Positions 45,935 through 55,774 of a stretch of DNA of 64,000 bases are shown here, piece by piece. Made by a program: the position numbers and the translations under genes. Numbering within the stretch: position 1 is the stretch's first letter; every line of letters starts with the position of its first letter. Origin of the DNA: an uncultured Bacilli bacterium (lineage in GTDB: Bacteria; Bacillota_I; Bacilli_A; RF39; UBA660); contig CAKOQQ010000001.1 in the NCBI GenBank assembly GCA_934101425.1, positions 35,781 to 99,780 on the forward strand, read 5' to 3'. The notes beneath the pieces are model-generated. The model searched no databases and had not been told where the DNA came from. It saw nothing but the letters and a program-made list of their open reading frames with translations.

Positions 45935-47650
45935 TTATTTTAACTTACTATAGTAATCCTTTTCTAATATTAATCTTGAATATCTATATTCTTTAAATAT
46001 ACTATCTCTTATTTCTTCTACTTCTGTTTTACTAAGTAGACCACTAGTTACTTTTTCATAATTAGCGTTATACTTATTACCATTGTAAATAAAACTTCCT
46101 GTTTGAAATACTATTGTACTTATATCATCACTAAAAATATCTTTTCCCATAAGTAATTTATTGTCATAAGTTATACCAAACAAATTTAATACTGTTGGAA
46201 GTACATCTATAGTACTGCAATATTTATCTACTACAGTATTTTTTATTTCACTATTATAGATTATTAAATTAGTATGATATCTATCAAAATAATCATTTAT
46301 TTTTTTTCTTTCTTTTAATTCACTTTCACTTAGTGTATATGGTGGGTGATCACCCGCTAATACTATTACAGTATCTTCTAATTTATTTTTTTCTTTTAAA
46401 GCATTTATCAAATATTCTAGTGCTTTATCTAGTTCTATTTGTGATGCCATATAATTTTTTACTATTTCACTATATGGTAAATCTTCTACTAAATATTTAT
46501 TTTTCTTAATTGAATATCTAGTGTCATCATAATTAGCATGTCCACTCATAGTTGTGTAATATACTAAAAAGTTATCTAAATCTATATAATCACTAACTGT
46601 AGATGAAATCATATCATAATCGCTTTGTCTTGAACAATCAATTCGTTTTTCTAAACCATTTCCGCAAGCTAAATAAGTTTGATATCCCATATTTTTCATG
46701 TATTTATCTCTATCATAATAATTATATTCATAATTATGATAAGAAAAACTTTTATAATTTAATACATGTGGATACGAATATATAAAGTAGTTATTTACAC
46801 TATCTTTCATACTAGTAGTGTTATTTGCAGGAAGTAGTGAAGTATCAAGTACATACTGACTATCTGCAGTAGATACTGGATATAATGGTGTATAATAATT
46901 TGTAAAATTAAATCCACTATTTATCATTTCATAAAGTGTTGGGGTAGTTTCTTTTGATACTCCTATTGGATAAAATGATTCTGCTAATATAACTATTAAA
47001 TTCTTACCTTTAAATATACCAGTATAAGCATTATTAGAGTGATTATCTTTGCTAGATAAATATTCACTTATTTCACATATCTCATCATTATCACATATGC
47101 TATTTAAATTATATATATCGTGATCTTTAAATTTAAATATTGTTTTAAATAAATCTAATTTCAAACTTGTAATAAGACCAAATTCTTTAACATTTTCATC
47201 ATTATTTTGAATTTTAAAATATAAATTATATTTACTATATAAAGATTTATTATCTGCTAATATAATTATCATTGATATTAAGTATAGTAATACTACTATT
47301 ATTAATTTTATTTTTATACTTATCTTTATTTTTTTGAAGTTAATATTAACTAAAATAAGTGGTATAAAAAATAATAATAATTTTAAACTTAATTTACCAA
47401 TTACTACTGAAGTAAATTTTACTGCTTTAACATTATTAAATATATTTGATATTGTTAAATTACATTCAAACATACTAAAATACATATAATAGCCTATAAA
47501 TATTATTGTAAATAAGCTATATATTATATTTTTTATCCATTTTTTATTTATTAAACTCATAAGTATGTCACATATAGTTGCTACTAAAATAGCTACTATA
47601 GATATAGTCCTTTTACATAAAATGGCATACAATATTTCTAAATACAACAT
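45935..47650 (-). CDS. LtaS-family lipoteichoic acid synthase-like protein (sulfatase/alkaline phosphatase superfamily)
   Basis: An N-terminal 5-transmembrane domain plus an extracellular domain containing NLIVILAESF and the Thr-nucleophile motif VSTADSQY (as in LtaS GKTADSE). 571 aa. Confidence 0.65.
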   Translation of the reverse strand: MLYLEILYAILCKRTISIVAILVATICDILMSLINKKWIKNIIYSLFTIIFIGYYMYFSMFECNLTISNIFNNVKAVKFTSVVIGKLSLKLLLFFIPLILVNINFKKIKISIKIKLIIVVLLYLISMIIILADNKSLYSKYNLYFKIQNNDENVKEFGLITSLKLDLFKTIFKFKDHDIYNLNSICDNDEICEISEYLSSKDNHSNNAYTGIFKGKNLIVILAESFYPIGVSKETTPTLYEMINSGFNFTNYYTPLYPVSTADSQYVLDTSLLPANNTTSMKDSVNNYFIYSYPHVLNYKSFSYHNYEYNYYDRDKYMKNMGYQTYLACGNGLEKRIDCSRQSDYDMISSTVSDYIDLDNFLVYYTTMSGHANYDDTRYSIKKNKYLVEDLPYSEIVKNYMASQIELDKALEYLINALKEKNKLEDTVIVLAGDHPPYTLSESELKERKKINDYFDRYHTNLIIYNSEIKNTVVDKYCSTIDVLPTVLNLFGITYDNKLLMGKDIFSDDISTIVFQTGSFIYNGNKYNANYEKVTSGLLSKTEVEEIRDSIFKEYRYSRLILEKDYYSKLK

Positions 47651-47678
47651 ATTATCACCATATCAATTATATCATGTA

Positions 47679-48470
47679 TTATTTTTTTATTTTATTAAAA
47701 TTACAATGTTTGCACAATTTTTCACATTTTTTATTATTTTTAAAGCCATTTAACATATCAGTATATCGTTTACTATTTATAACATCACTAATATTATCTT
47801 TATAGATATTACCTAAAGTAATTATTCCATTACTATCTAGACAACAGGGTACTATAGAACCGTCTACTAATATACCTATATGATCTCTTAATGCGTAACA
47901 AGTTCCTTCATTGTATATATTGTTATTTACATCAGGCCAAATAAATTCTTCATCTATATCCAAAAAGATATTTTCTTTTATCTTACATTTTTTTAATTCT
48001 TCTATATTTGTATTAAAATACTTATTTATATATTTGAGTATATCTTTACTATATTTGTTTTCAGTCCAAAATCTTAATGAAATATAAGTGTATTTAGATA
48101 ATATATCTATACTATCTAAAATATTAGATATATATTTTTCTAAAGGAATATTACCACTATAGCTATGTAGTGATATATTTATTTGTCTTATGTTTTTATT
48201 ATTTTTAATCTTATCTATTAAATAGCCATTTGTAGTTATATTTATTTTATATCTTTTAGAAGCTACATCAATTATTTCATTTATATTAGGGTGCAATAAA
48301 GGTTCACCTAACACATGTAAATATAAATATTTAGTATAATTTTCTAACTTATCTAATATTAAATTAAAATTATCCAATGTTATAAATTCATTTTTTCTTT
48401 TATTATGTGGACAAAAATCACATGATAAATTACAATTGTTAGTTATTTCTATATAAACTTTTTTATACAT
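47679..48470 (-). CDS. Radical SAM protein with a C-terminal SPASM/twitch Cys cluster
   Basis: CNLSCDFC (CxxxCxxC) near the N-terminus, a GEPLL motif, and C-terminal Cys motifs (CYALRDH...VPCCLD...CEKLCKHC). 263 aa. Confidence 0.6.
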   Translation of the reverse strand: MYKKVYIEITNNCNLSCDFCPHNKRKNEFITLDNFNLILDKLENYTKYLYLHVLGEPLLHPNINEIIDVASKRYKINITTNGYLIDKIKNNKNIRQINISLHSYSGNIPLEKYISNILDSIDILSKYTYISLRFWTENKYSKDILKYINKYFNTNIEELKKCKIKENIFLDIDEEFIWPDVNNNIYNEGTCYALRDHIGILVDGSIVPCCLDSNGIITLGNIYKDNISDVINSKRYTDMLNGFKNNKKCEKLCKHCNFNKIKK

Positions 48471-48506
48471 ATTTACCTCTCTTAAACAAAAAAATAAACC
48501 ATAAGT

Positions 48507-48833
48507 TTATTTTTCATCTTTCTTTATTGCATTATATATACATGAATAACTTCTAGTGTTATAAAATTTACAAAATTTTCTAATACTAACAGTTGATTTT
48601 GAATATAATTTTCTTATTTTGTCTTTTTCTTCTTCTGATAAAGCGTTTATGGGTTTCCTATCTTTATTTCCATGAACCAAACTAATAGTATTATTTTCTA
48701 TTTGTTTTTTTAGTTTAAATATATATTTTGGATGGTAACCACATATTTCAGCTATTTCATTATAAGTTAAATAACTTTCTTTATTTAACTTCTTTTTTAT
48801 TAATTTAATAGCTTCTTCTTTATCATTTTTCAT
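48507..48833 (-). CDS. HTH-domain protein that resembles the N-terminal (OrfA-like) part of an IS-family transposase. A possible remnant.
   Basis: Its sequence (YLTYNEIAEICGYHPKYIFKLKKQ...HGNKDRKPINALSEEEKDKIRKLY) is HTH-like and resembles the DNA-binding part of an IS630/IS3-type transposase. A second short ORF of about 56 aa (MIEKILFDKDL...) lies just upstream at roughly 48840..49010. No catalytic domain follows either of them. Confidence 0.3.
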   Translation of the reverse strand: MKNDKEEAIKLIKKKLNKESYLTYNEIAEICGYHPKYIFKLKKQIENNTISLVHGNKDRKPINALSEEEKDKIRKLYSKSTVSIRKFCKFYNTRSYSCIYNAIKKDEK

Positions 48834-49048
48834 TTTATCACCTATATATTAATAACTTTATCATAACTAATCATTTTATATGTATCATTCATATCAGTTC
48901 TATAAAAAGCTTTTCTTTCTTTAGGATTATATTTTAAGAATAATATATTTATATTTTTTCTACCTATTACTTTTTCTATTAAGTCTTTATCAAATAATAT
49001 TTTTTCTATCATAACTTTCCCTTCTCGGGTAGTTATTATATATTATTT

Positions 49049-50353
49049 TTAATTTTTGTCAAATTCAAAGAAAACAATATAACTATTATTTGTAAGATAT
49101 TCATATACTTTATCATTAGTATCTAATATATTTTTCTTATCACTCACCATTAGTATATCATAACTACTAGTTTTTTTTAACTTATAATCGTATTTATCTA
49201 ATTTATAAGATTTATTATTAGTAGTTACTACAGAAAAATTATTAGAATTAGTATATAAATTTACTTTACCATCATAATTAAGAGTATCTATATATCTACC
49301 AAATATATCTACTACTATTATCTTACCATTTTCATAATTAAAGAATAATTTATTATCATAAATATTTAATGTATTTAAATAAGCATCATTTTCTAAATTA
49401 TTAGTATATAATTTATCAGCTAATCCGGATGTATTAAATATAGCAAAAGAGGCTACTCCCTTTATATTATATACATAGTAATTATTATTATAATATACTA
49501 GTTTTCCCGCTTTAAATCCATTTAATTTGTTATCGGCAACATCTAATTCAATTGTTTCTACTTCATCATCTATTACATTTATTTCTTTACCATCTATTAT
49601 TACTAATTTATTATCTATTATAAAGGCATTTGATACTATCATATCAGCACTTACCTTTTTTTGCCATACTTTAATTCCATTATTTAGTTTAAGAGTAAAA
49701 ACAGTTGCTGCATCATCATTTAAATAACCGATTACATAAATATCATCATTATTCTTAACAATATTAGTTACATCTATCCCTTTATCTTTTTCTAATCCAA
49801 AATCAGCGTATGAAATATCATATGACCATTCTAAATCCAAATCTTTATTAAATTTTAAAATAGAAGATGTTTTAGTACCATTACTAATATATGATGCACC
49901 AATATATCCATCGTCCACTTCTTCTAGTTTATATAAATTACCATTGCCATTTAAATTACCTATAACCTTTAATTTAAAATAAACTCCAGAATCATCTTTA
50001 CATGTACTATCTATAGAAATAGTATATACTCCATTATCTAATTTTTTATAAATCGATTTACCTTTACAATCATTACTTTTAACAATATCATTATTATTAA
50101 ATTCTTTTTCTTCTTCTACTTCTTCTTTTATAAAACTTTCAATATTATTTAATACTTCAATATTATAAGTAGTTGCTAGTGACTTTTTAACTTTTTCATC
50201 GTCATCTACTTTTATATTTATAGTTCCTATATTTACTTTTCTTTCTTCTTCTACTTTTTCTTTTTTATTACCATATTTATCTACCGCTACATAAATAGTT
50301 AATCCTACTATAAATATAAATATTATTCCTAATATTATTGTTCCTTTTTTCAC
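49049..50353 (-). CDS. Membrane-anchored hypothetical protein with a repeat-rich extracytoplasmic domain that may be a beta-propeller
   Basis: N-terminal transmembrane helix (IILGIIFIFIVGLTIYVAV) plus an N/Y/D-rich repetitive body. 434 aa. Confidence 0.35.
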   Translation of the reverse strand: MKKGTIILGIIFIFIVGLTIYVAVDKYGNKKEKVEEERKVNIGTINIKVDDDEKVKKSLATTYNIEVLNNIESFIKEEVEEEKEFNNNDIVKSNDCKGKSIYKKLDNGVYTISIDSTCKDDSGVYFKLKVIGNLNGNGNLYKLEEVDDGYIGASYISNGTKTSSILKFNKDLDLEWSYDISYADFGLEKDKGIDVTNIVKNNDDIYVIGYLNDDAATVFTLKLNNGIKVWQKKVSADMIVSNAFIIDNKLVIIDGKEINVIDDEVETIELDVADNKLNGFKAGKLVYYNNNYYVYNIKGVASFAIFNTSGLADKLYTNNLENDAYLNTLNIYDNKLFFNYENGKIIVVDIFGRYIDTLNYDGKVNLYTNSNNFSVVTTNNKSYKLDKYDYKLKKTSSYDILMVSDKKNILDTNDKVYEYLTNNSYIVFFEFDKN

Positions 50354-50393
50354 GTTATCACCTAATTAATTATATCATAAAAAAGCTAGAGAA

Positions 50394-52190
50394 TTAACTT
50401 TTCTTTTCTAGCATTTTTATTTTAACTCTTTCAGATATTAATCTAGATGTTTCTTTGTCATAACCTAATCTAATTTTTAATTCATCTATAGTTTCTTTAT
50501 TAAGATTACCACTTATTTTTAATACTTCAAATATTTCATCTATTAAAGCATCATATTTATCATCTATAGTTTTTAATTCTCTATCTATTTCTTTAACTCT
50601 TTTTTTATGCATACCTTTTACTACGCTGGCACTATTTAAATCAAGTGCACTAGTCATTTCACTATATACATCATCTACATGAGTTCTTGGTATACCATCT
50701 ATTTTTCCTTCTTTTTCTTCTTCGATTAAAGTAATATTTCTTTTACCTACATAACCTCTTTTTTTATCTATTAAATATACTGAATGACCTTGTCTTTGTC
50801 CCAAATAACAATTACCATAATGCCATGAATCAATACCTGTTAATGAAGCTGTTCTAAGTACTGTTACTTTATCAAATTTAGTTTCACTATCTTGATGTAA
50901 ATGTCCTACAAATACATATACATTTTTAGCTTTATTATATTCATTAGGATATTGATATTTTACTGCTTCTGCAATAACTTTATCAGAAAGATTTTTGCCT
51001 TCTGGATTCTTACCATGACTAAATACTATTAGATTATCACCAAAAGAATAACAAGTAGTATATCTTAAATCTTGATAACCAAAACTAACTTCAACTTTAG
51101 GATCATCTGTTAAATTATATAAATCATATAAATTTGTAAACAAACTAAAGCTTGATTTTTCATCATGATTACCTGGATTACCTTTAAGTATTACTTTATC
51201 AAATTCTCGCTTTAAAGTTTCAATCATTCTAATATATCCAACTTTACCCCATAAATAAACTTCTTTAAATCTTGTATCATTATTTTGAGGAGTACCTGCA
51301 GTAGTTTTATCATCTACAGTATCACTATTAAAGAAATCATTACCAACACCTAGTATTAAGTTAGATGCTTTTATTCTTCTTTGATAATCTACTATTTCTT
51401 CTACTACTTTTTTTATTCTATACATAGCTTGTTTTGTAGAATAATCTTCACTATCTACTATAGATGCTAATTTACCTAAATGAAGTTCAAGACCAGGGGA
51501 TACCATTAATAAATCTTTATCTAAATCTAAAGGAGTCATTTCTTCTTTATTAAATAAATCAAAAGGAGTTAACTTTCTTTGTTTTAAAAAATCACTTAAA
51601 AATTTATCACATTCTTCTTTACTATAAAATAGAATTGGATTTTTTCTTCTTCCTATTACTACAGTAAATTTATCATTTAATACTTTATTTAATTGATCTG
51701 TGCCATCACTATTTTTAGTTTTAACAGGGGTATTCCAACCACCCATTACTACTTTTTTTACTTCAAAATTACTAGGATCAAATCCTAAATAATTAAGTAG
51801 AAATGCTTCATTATTTATTTTTTCAAGTACTTTTCTTCTTATTTCTTCAGGACTATCTGTTAAATCAACATTAAATATATCCTTATAATCACTTTTAGGA
51901 ATTGATAATGTTCTAGTTAGTGGTGTATCACTATCAATAACTTCTTCATGTATTTCTTCTTTTTTCTTTAATTTTGGTGTGTACTTACAATATTCAAAAA
52001 ATAATTGTGGATTTACTGATGTTGTAAAATTAATTGATTTAAATCTCGATGATAATAAACTAGGTGTTATCTCTTTTTTCTCTATATCAAAATATATTTT
52101 AGCTCCTTCACTCCAAGTAGTAATTATTCCTTCATTTTTTAATGTACCTATATAAAAGATAAGTGTTTCATTTAATTCTATTTTCCCCAT
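50394..52190 (-). CDS. Calcineurin-like metallophosphoesterase domain protein, with N- and C-terminal extensions
   Basis: The central region has the GNDFF (GDxxD-like), GNHD and GHLH motifs of the metallophosphatase fold. 598 aa. Confidence 0.5.
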   Translation of the reverse strand: MGKIELNETLIFYIGTLKNEGIITTWSEGAKIYFDIEKKEITPSLLSSRFKSINFTTSVNPQLFFEYCKYTPKLKKKEEIHEEVIDSDTPLTRTLSIPKSDYKDIFNVDLTDSPEEIRRKVLEKINNEAFLLNYLGFDPSNFEVKKVVMGGWNTPVKTKNSDGTDQLNKVLNDKFTVVIGRRKNPILFYSKEECDKFLSDFLKQRKLTPFDLFNKEEMTPLDLDKDLLMVSPGLELHLGKLASIVDSEDYSTKQAMYRIKKVVEEIVDYQRRIKASNLILGVGNDFFNSDTVDDKTTAGTPQNNDTRFKEVYLWGKVGYIRMIETLKREFDKVILKGNPGNHDEKSSFSLFTNLYDLYNLTDDPKVEVSFGYQDLRYTTCYSFGDNLIVFSHGKNPEGKNLSDKVIAEAVKYQYPNEYNKAKNVYVFVGHLHQDSETKFDKVTVLRTASLTGIDSWHYGNCYLGQRQGHSVYLIDKKRGYVGKRNITLIEEEKEGKIDGIPRTHVDDVYSEMTSALDLNSASVVKGMHKKRVKEIDRELKTIDDKYDALIDEIFEVLKISGNLNKETIDELKIRLGYDKETSRLISERVKIKMLEKKS

Positions 52191-52206
52191 TTTTCCTCCT
52201 AAAAAA

Positions 52207-52232
52207 AAGACTACAAAAAAGTAGTCTTATAA
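52207..52232. terminator. Bidirectional terminator hairpin AAGACTAC-aaaaaa-GTAGTCTT
   Basis: Perfect 8-bp stem flanked by A and T runs, downstream of 50394..52190. Confidence 0.5.
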
Positions 52233-52483
52233 ACTAATAACTAAATCGCAATGTAATCTTCTTATTCCCATATCAATCACTCGCTTACTATATTAATAAT
52301 AACACTATATATTATTTTATGCAATAAAAAAAGAGATATTTCTCTTTTTATGTGTTTTGTACTAGTTAGTTATAAAAGCCAACCCCTTTATAATACAAAA
52401 CACATGAGTACTCTAATTTAAGTATAATATATTTATATATTTTTGCAATACTAAATTAAAAAACTTTACATGTGTTTTGTAAA

Positions 52484-52849
52484 CTATTTTTTAGTACAAT
52501 CTACTGTAGTTAAAGAACCAGAGCATACATAGCCGTCTATCTCAACATCTCTAATTACTATATCTTCCAATTCTTCATCATAATTCCACATACCTACATA
52601 AACTTTATCAATAGGTAAATCGCCAACTCTACCATATGCTTCATATGTTTTATTTAATATATTTGTTTCATATTGAGTCTTAGCCGCTGTAAGTACTGCT
52701 TTAGCACTAATAATTGCAGCATCTTTAGTAACCTCTAAAGTATCATCCTTCTTAGGTGGAGTATTTTTATTTTCTTCATTATCATCTTTATTATTACAAC
52801 CTGATAATAATAACATTCCACATAAAAGTACTAAATATAATTTTTTCAT
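52484..52849 (-). CDS. Small lipoprotein
   Basis: Signal peptide with a lipobox (LLLSGC). 121 aa. Confidence 0.5.
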   Translation of the reverse strand: MKKLYLVLLCGMLLLSGCNNKDDNEENKNTPPKKDDTLEVTKDAAIISAKAVLTAAKTQYETNILNKTYEAYGRVGDLPIDKVYVGMWNYDEELEDIVIRDVEIDGYVCSGSLTTVDCTKK

Positions 52850-52865
52850 ATCATCACCAATTATA

Positions 52866-53957
52866 TTATATCATACTTTTTATTAAATCTACTTTATTTA
52901 ATTTTTCATAACTTAAATTATTTTTACCAAAATGTCCAAAACAAGTAGTTTTAGTATAATCTAAATGTTTTAGATCTAACTCACTAATTATATTTTTAAC
53001 ACTAAAATCAAATACTTTATTTATTATACCTAGTATTTTTTCTTCAGATATTTTATTTGTATTAAATGTATTTATACTTATAGATATAGGATTTTTAACA
53101 CCTATTAAGTATGATACTTGTATTTCTATTTTATCAGTTATACCAGCAGCTACTACATTTTTAGCTACATATCTTGCATAATAAGCAGCACTTCTATCTA
53201 CTTTTGATGGATCTTTTCCTGAAAAGGCTCCACCACCAACTTTAGCAAAAGAATGATAACTATCTACTACTATTTTTCTACCAGTTAATCCTGCATCACC
53301 ACTAAATCCCCCTATATTAAATCTACCTGTTGGATTAGTTATAAATTCATCTACAGATACATTATACTTATTACATATTTCTTTTGCTAATTTAATAATA
53401 ATTTTATCAGTTTCTTCTCTTTCTAACTCAGTATTTTGATAACAAATTGTAAAATTAGTTATTTTAATTAACTTATCATTATCATATAAACCAGTTATTT
53501 CAGCTTTACCATCAGGTAAAAATCTATTATCTTCTTTAACTAAATTAGCATATGCTTCACTAAATAATTGTAGTATTACCATAGAAACTGGTAAATAATA
53601 TTCGGTATCATTAGTAGCATAGCCAAACATCATACCATTATCACCAGCACCATTTACTTCTTCATTAGTACCAAGAGCTATATCAGTACTTTGAACTCCT
53701 AAATTATTTATTATTTCATAATTAGTATCATATCCAACAGAATCAAGTACAGCCTTAACTATTTTTTCTACGTTGATACTTGCTTTTGTTGTGACTTCTC
53801 CAGTTACAAATATTTTACCTTTACCACCACATACTTCTATACCACATCTTGAATTTTCATCAGACTTTAAACACACCTCTAAAATGGCATCACTTATTTG
53901 ATCACATACTTTATCTGGGTGTCCCCTAAATACTATTTCATTACTATATAACTTCAT
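52866..53957 (-). CDS. metK: S-adenosylmethionine synthase
   Basis: GHPDKVCDQISDA near the N-terminus and GGGAFSGKDPSKVDRSAAYYARYVAKNVVAAG near the C-terminus, both matching conserved MetK blocks. Confidence 0.9.
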   Translation of the reverse strand: MKLYSNEIVFRGHPDKVCDQISDAILEVCLKSDENSRCGIEVCGGKGKIFVTGEVTTKASINVEKIVKAVLDSVGYDTNYEIINNLGVQSTDIALGTNEEVNGAGDNGMMFGYATNDTEYYLPVSMVILQLFSEAYANLVKEDNRFLPDGKAEITGLYDNDKLIKITNFTICYQNTELEREETDKIIIKLAKEICNKYNVSVDEFITNPTGRFNIGGFSGDAGLTGRKIVVDSYHSFAKVGGGAFSGKDPSKVDRSAAYYARYVAKNVVAAGITDKIEIQVSYLIGVKNPISISINTFNTNKISEEKILGIINKVFDFSVKNIISELDLKHLDYTKTTCFGHFGKNNLSYEKLNKVDLIKSMI

Positions 53958-53989
53958 AAATCCTCCTTACAAATGAAATAAATCATCCT

Positions 53990-54115
53990 ATAAAGAAAAA
54001 ACACACTCAAAGATAACCATGAGTGTGTTATCTTATAGACTCTAGCATTACCACCTAACTAAATAGGTTGGTGTGATTTCATAGGGCTAGTCCCTCCATC
54101 ACTCTTTATAAGATG
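53990..54115 (-). ncRNA. SAM-I (S-box) riboswitch with an intrinsic terminator, in the metK leader
   Basis: Minus strand: CUUAUAAAGAGUGAUGGAGGGACUAGCCCUAUGAAAUCACACCAACC...GGUGGUAAUGCUAGAG...UAUAAGAUAAC, with P1 CUUAUA/UAUAAG and the GGAGGGAC-GCCC-AUGAA core. It is followed by the hairpin AACACACUCA...UGAGUGUGUU plus UUUUUU. Confidence 0.85.
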
Positions 54116-54137
54116 TATCTTAATTTTATATCATAAA

Positions 54138-54449
54138 TTATTTGTTGTCAATAACACTTTCTAAATAAATTTTATTTTTAAAAGCCCCTCTTTTTTCTAC
54201 CTTCATTTTCCTTATAATATCAAATTCTATTAAAGACATTTTTTTATAATCTAATATAGCTAACATAACTTCATATAAATCTGCTAGTTCTTCTATATCA
54301 TTTCCATCTAAATATTCATTTAATTCTTCTTTTAATTTCCTATTAAGTTCTTTAAAATATTCCTCATCATCTAATATTCTAACTATTGGAGTAGCTCCAT
54401 TTTTTTTAATAATATCAGGAATATTATCTCTTACTAACTTATTATACAT
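54138..54449 (-). CDS. MazG-like nucleoside triphosphate pyrophosphohydrolase (small all-alpha NTP-PPase)
   Basis: 103 aa that starts MYNKLVRDNIPDII, the pattern typical of the MazG/HisE-like family. Confidence 0.55.
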   Translation of the reverse strand: MYNKLVRDNIPDIIKKNGATPIVRILDDEEYFKELNRKLKEELNEYLDGNDIEELADLYEVMLAILDYKKMSLIEFDIIRKMKVEKRGAFKNKIYLESVIDNK

Positions 54450-55092
54450 GAAACATCCTCATAAATTCAGATGGAACTTTACTTTCAAATGTCATAACTT
54501 CATTAGTAATTGGATGTCTTATAACCAATTTATTGGCATGAAGTCCTAGTCTTCTTAAAGGATTAGTTTTAGCATTATACTTTTTATCGCCTATAATAGG
54601 TGAACCTATATTACTTAATTGAGCTCTTATTTGATTTTTTCTACCAGTAGTTATTACTATGTCAAGTAAACTATAACTTTTACTTTCTTTTAAAACTTTA
54701 TATTTAGTTATTGCTAATTTACCATTATCACTTACATATACATGATGAATGCTATTTTCCATTAAGTGATTTTTTAAAGTATCTTCTTTTTTCTTTAATT
54801 TTCCTTCTACTACAGCTACATATTTTCTTTCAATAGCATATATATCCCAATTATTTTGTAAGATATCTTTTATTTCTTCTCTTTTGGCAAATAATACTAA
54901 ACCACTAGTTTCCTTATCTAATCTATGAACAATAAAAATTTTGTTACTTTTTCTTTTCGTTTTTTCATACATAAGAACTTTATGATATAAAGTATTATCT
55001 CGTTCTTTTTCTGTACCTATTGTAAGTAAATGAGCATCTTTATTTACTACAATTATATCTTTATCTTGATAAACAATATCTAACTTCTTCAT
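54442..55092 (-). CDS. RluA-family pseudouridine synthase
   Basis: The catalytic motif HRLDKETSGLVLFAK is present. 216 aa. Confidence 0.8.
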   Translation of the reverse strand: MKKLDIVYQDKDIIVVNKDAHLLTIGTEKERDNTLYHKVLMYEKTKRKSNKIFIVHRLDKETSGLVLFAKREEIKDILQNNWDIYAIERKYVAVVEGKLKKKEDTLKNHLMENSIHHVYVSDNGKLAITKYKVLKESKSYSLLDIVITTGRKNQIRAQLSNIGSPIIGDKKYNAKTNPLRRLGLHANKLVIRHPITNEVMTFESKVPSEFMRMFHV

Positions 55093-55099
55093 AACCCTC

Positions 55100-55675
55100 C
55101 TATAAATTATCTTTTATTTCACTAAATAAATCATATACATTATATCCAAGTAGTGAATCTATATACTCTTTTAATTTATATACTTCTTTAATATGATACT
55201 GTGTACTTTCTGTTACCCCTCTTCTTAAAATAATATCAATAAGTCTTTTATCTACTGTATTTACTACATTCGTACACATCAAATCACACAAATTTATAAT
55301 TTTTTCATAAATAGTATACTCATGATTTTTAATAAATTGTGTTCTAAATGGTATATCTTCTGGAAGACTTCCAGCTGTGCATAAATAATCATTATTTAAG
55401 TATGAATGAGTTAAACAAATATTGGCATATTCATCACTATATCCTAACTCTTTAATATAATTAAATCCATTTAAATCATGAAGTGGAAAACTACCAAATC
55501 TTTTACCAATATCATGAATATAACCTAATACTCTAGCTTTTTCTTTATCTAAATTTAATTTTTCTGCAATAACACTTGCAGTATCTCCAACACATATACT
55601 ATGGCTAATCCATCTATTATCAGGAGCTAAACTACCTTCTTCATTTAACAATTTTAAAGCTTCTTCTTTATTCAT
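55100..55675 (-). CDS. HD-domain phosphohydrolase (YqeK-like)
   Basis: HSICVGDTASVIAEKL...GYIHDIGK. 191 aa. Confidence 0.6.
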   Translation of the reverse strand: MNKEEALKLLNEEGSLAPDNRWISHSICVGDTASVIAEKLNLDKEKARVLGYIHDIGKRFGSFPLHDLNGFNYIKELGYSDEYANICLTHSYLNNDYLCTAGSLPEDIPFRTQFIKNHEYTIYEKIINLCDLMCTNVVNTVDKRLIDIILRRGVTESTQYHIKEVYKLKEYIDSLLGYNVYDLFSEIKDNL

Positions 55676-55774
55676 ACTATCACCTATTTAATTATATCAT
55701 ATTTTTTTACAAAAATATACAAACATTTGTTTGCTTTTAAACAAAATATATTGTATACTTAAATAGGTGGTAAT

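Noticed and set aside
45935-48470. Considered a sulfatase plus anaerobic sulfatase-maturase (anSME) pair
   Set aside because: The sulfatase-superfamily protein carries the LtaS Thr-nucleophile motif (VSTADSQ) and a 5-transmembrane N-terminal domain, and it has no C/SxPxR formylglycine site. The radical SAM protein is also much shorter than anSMEs.
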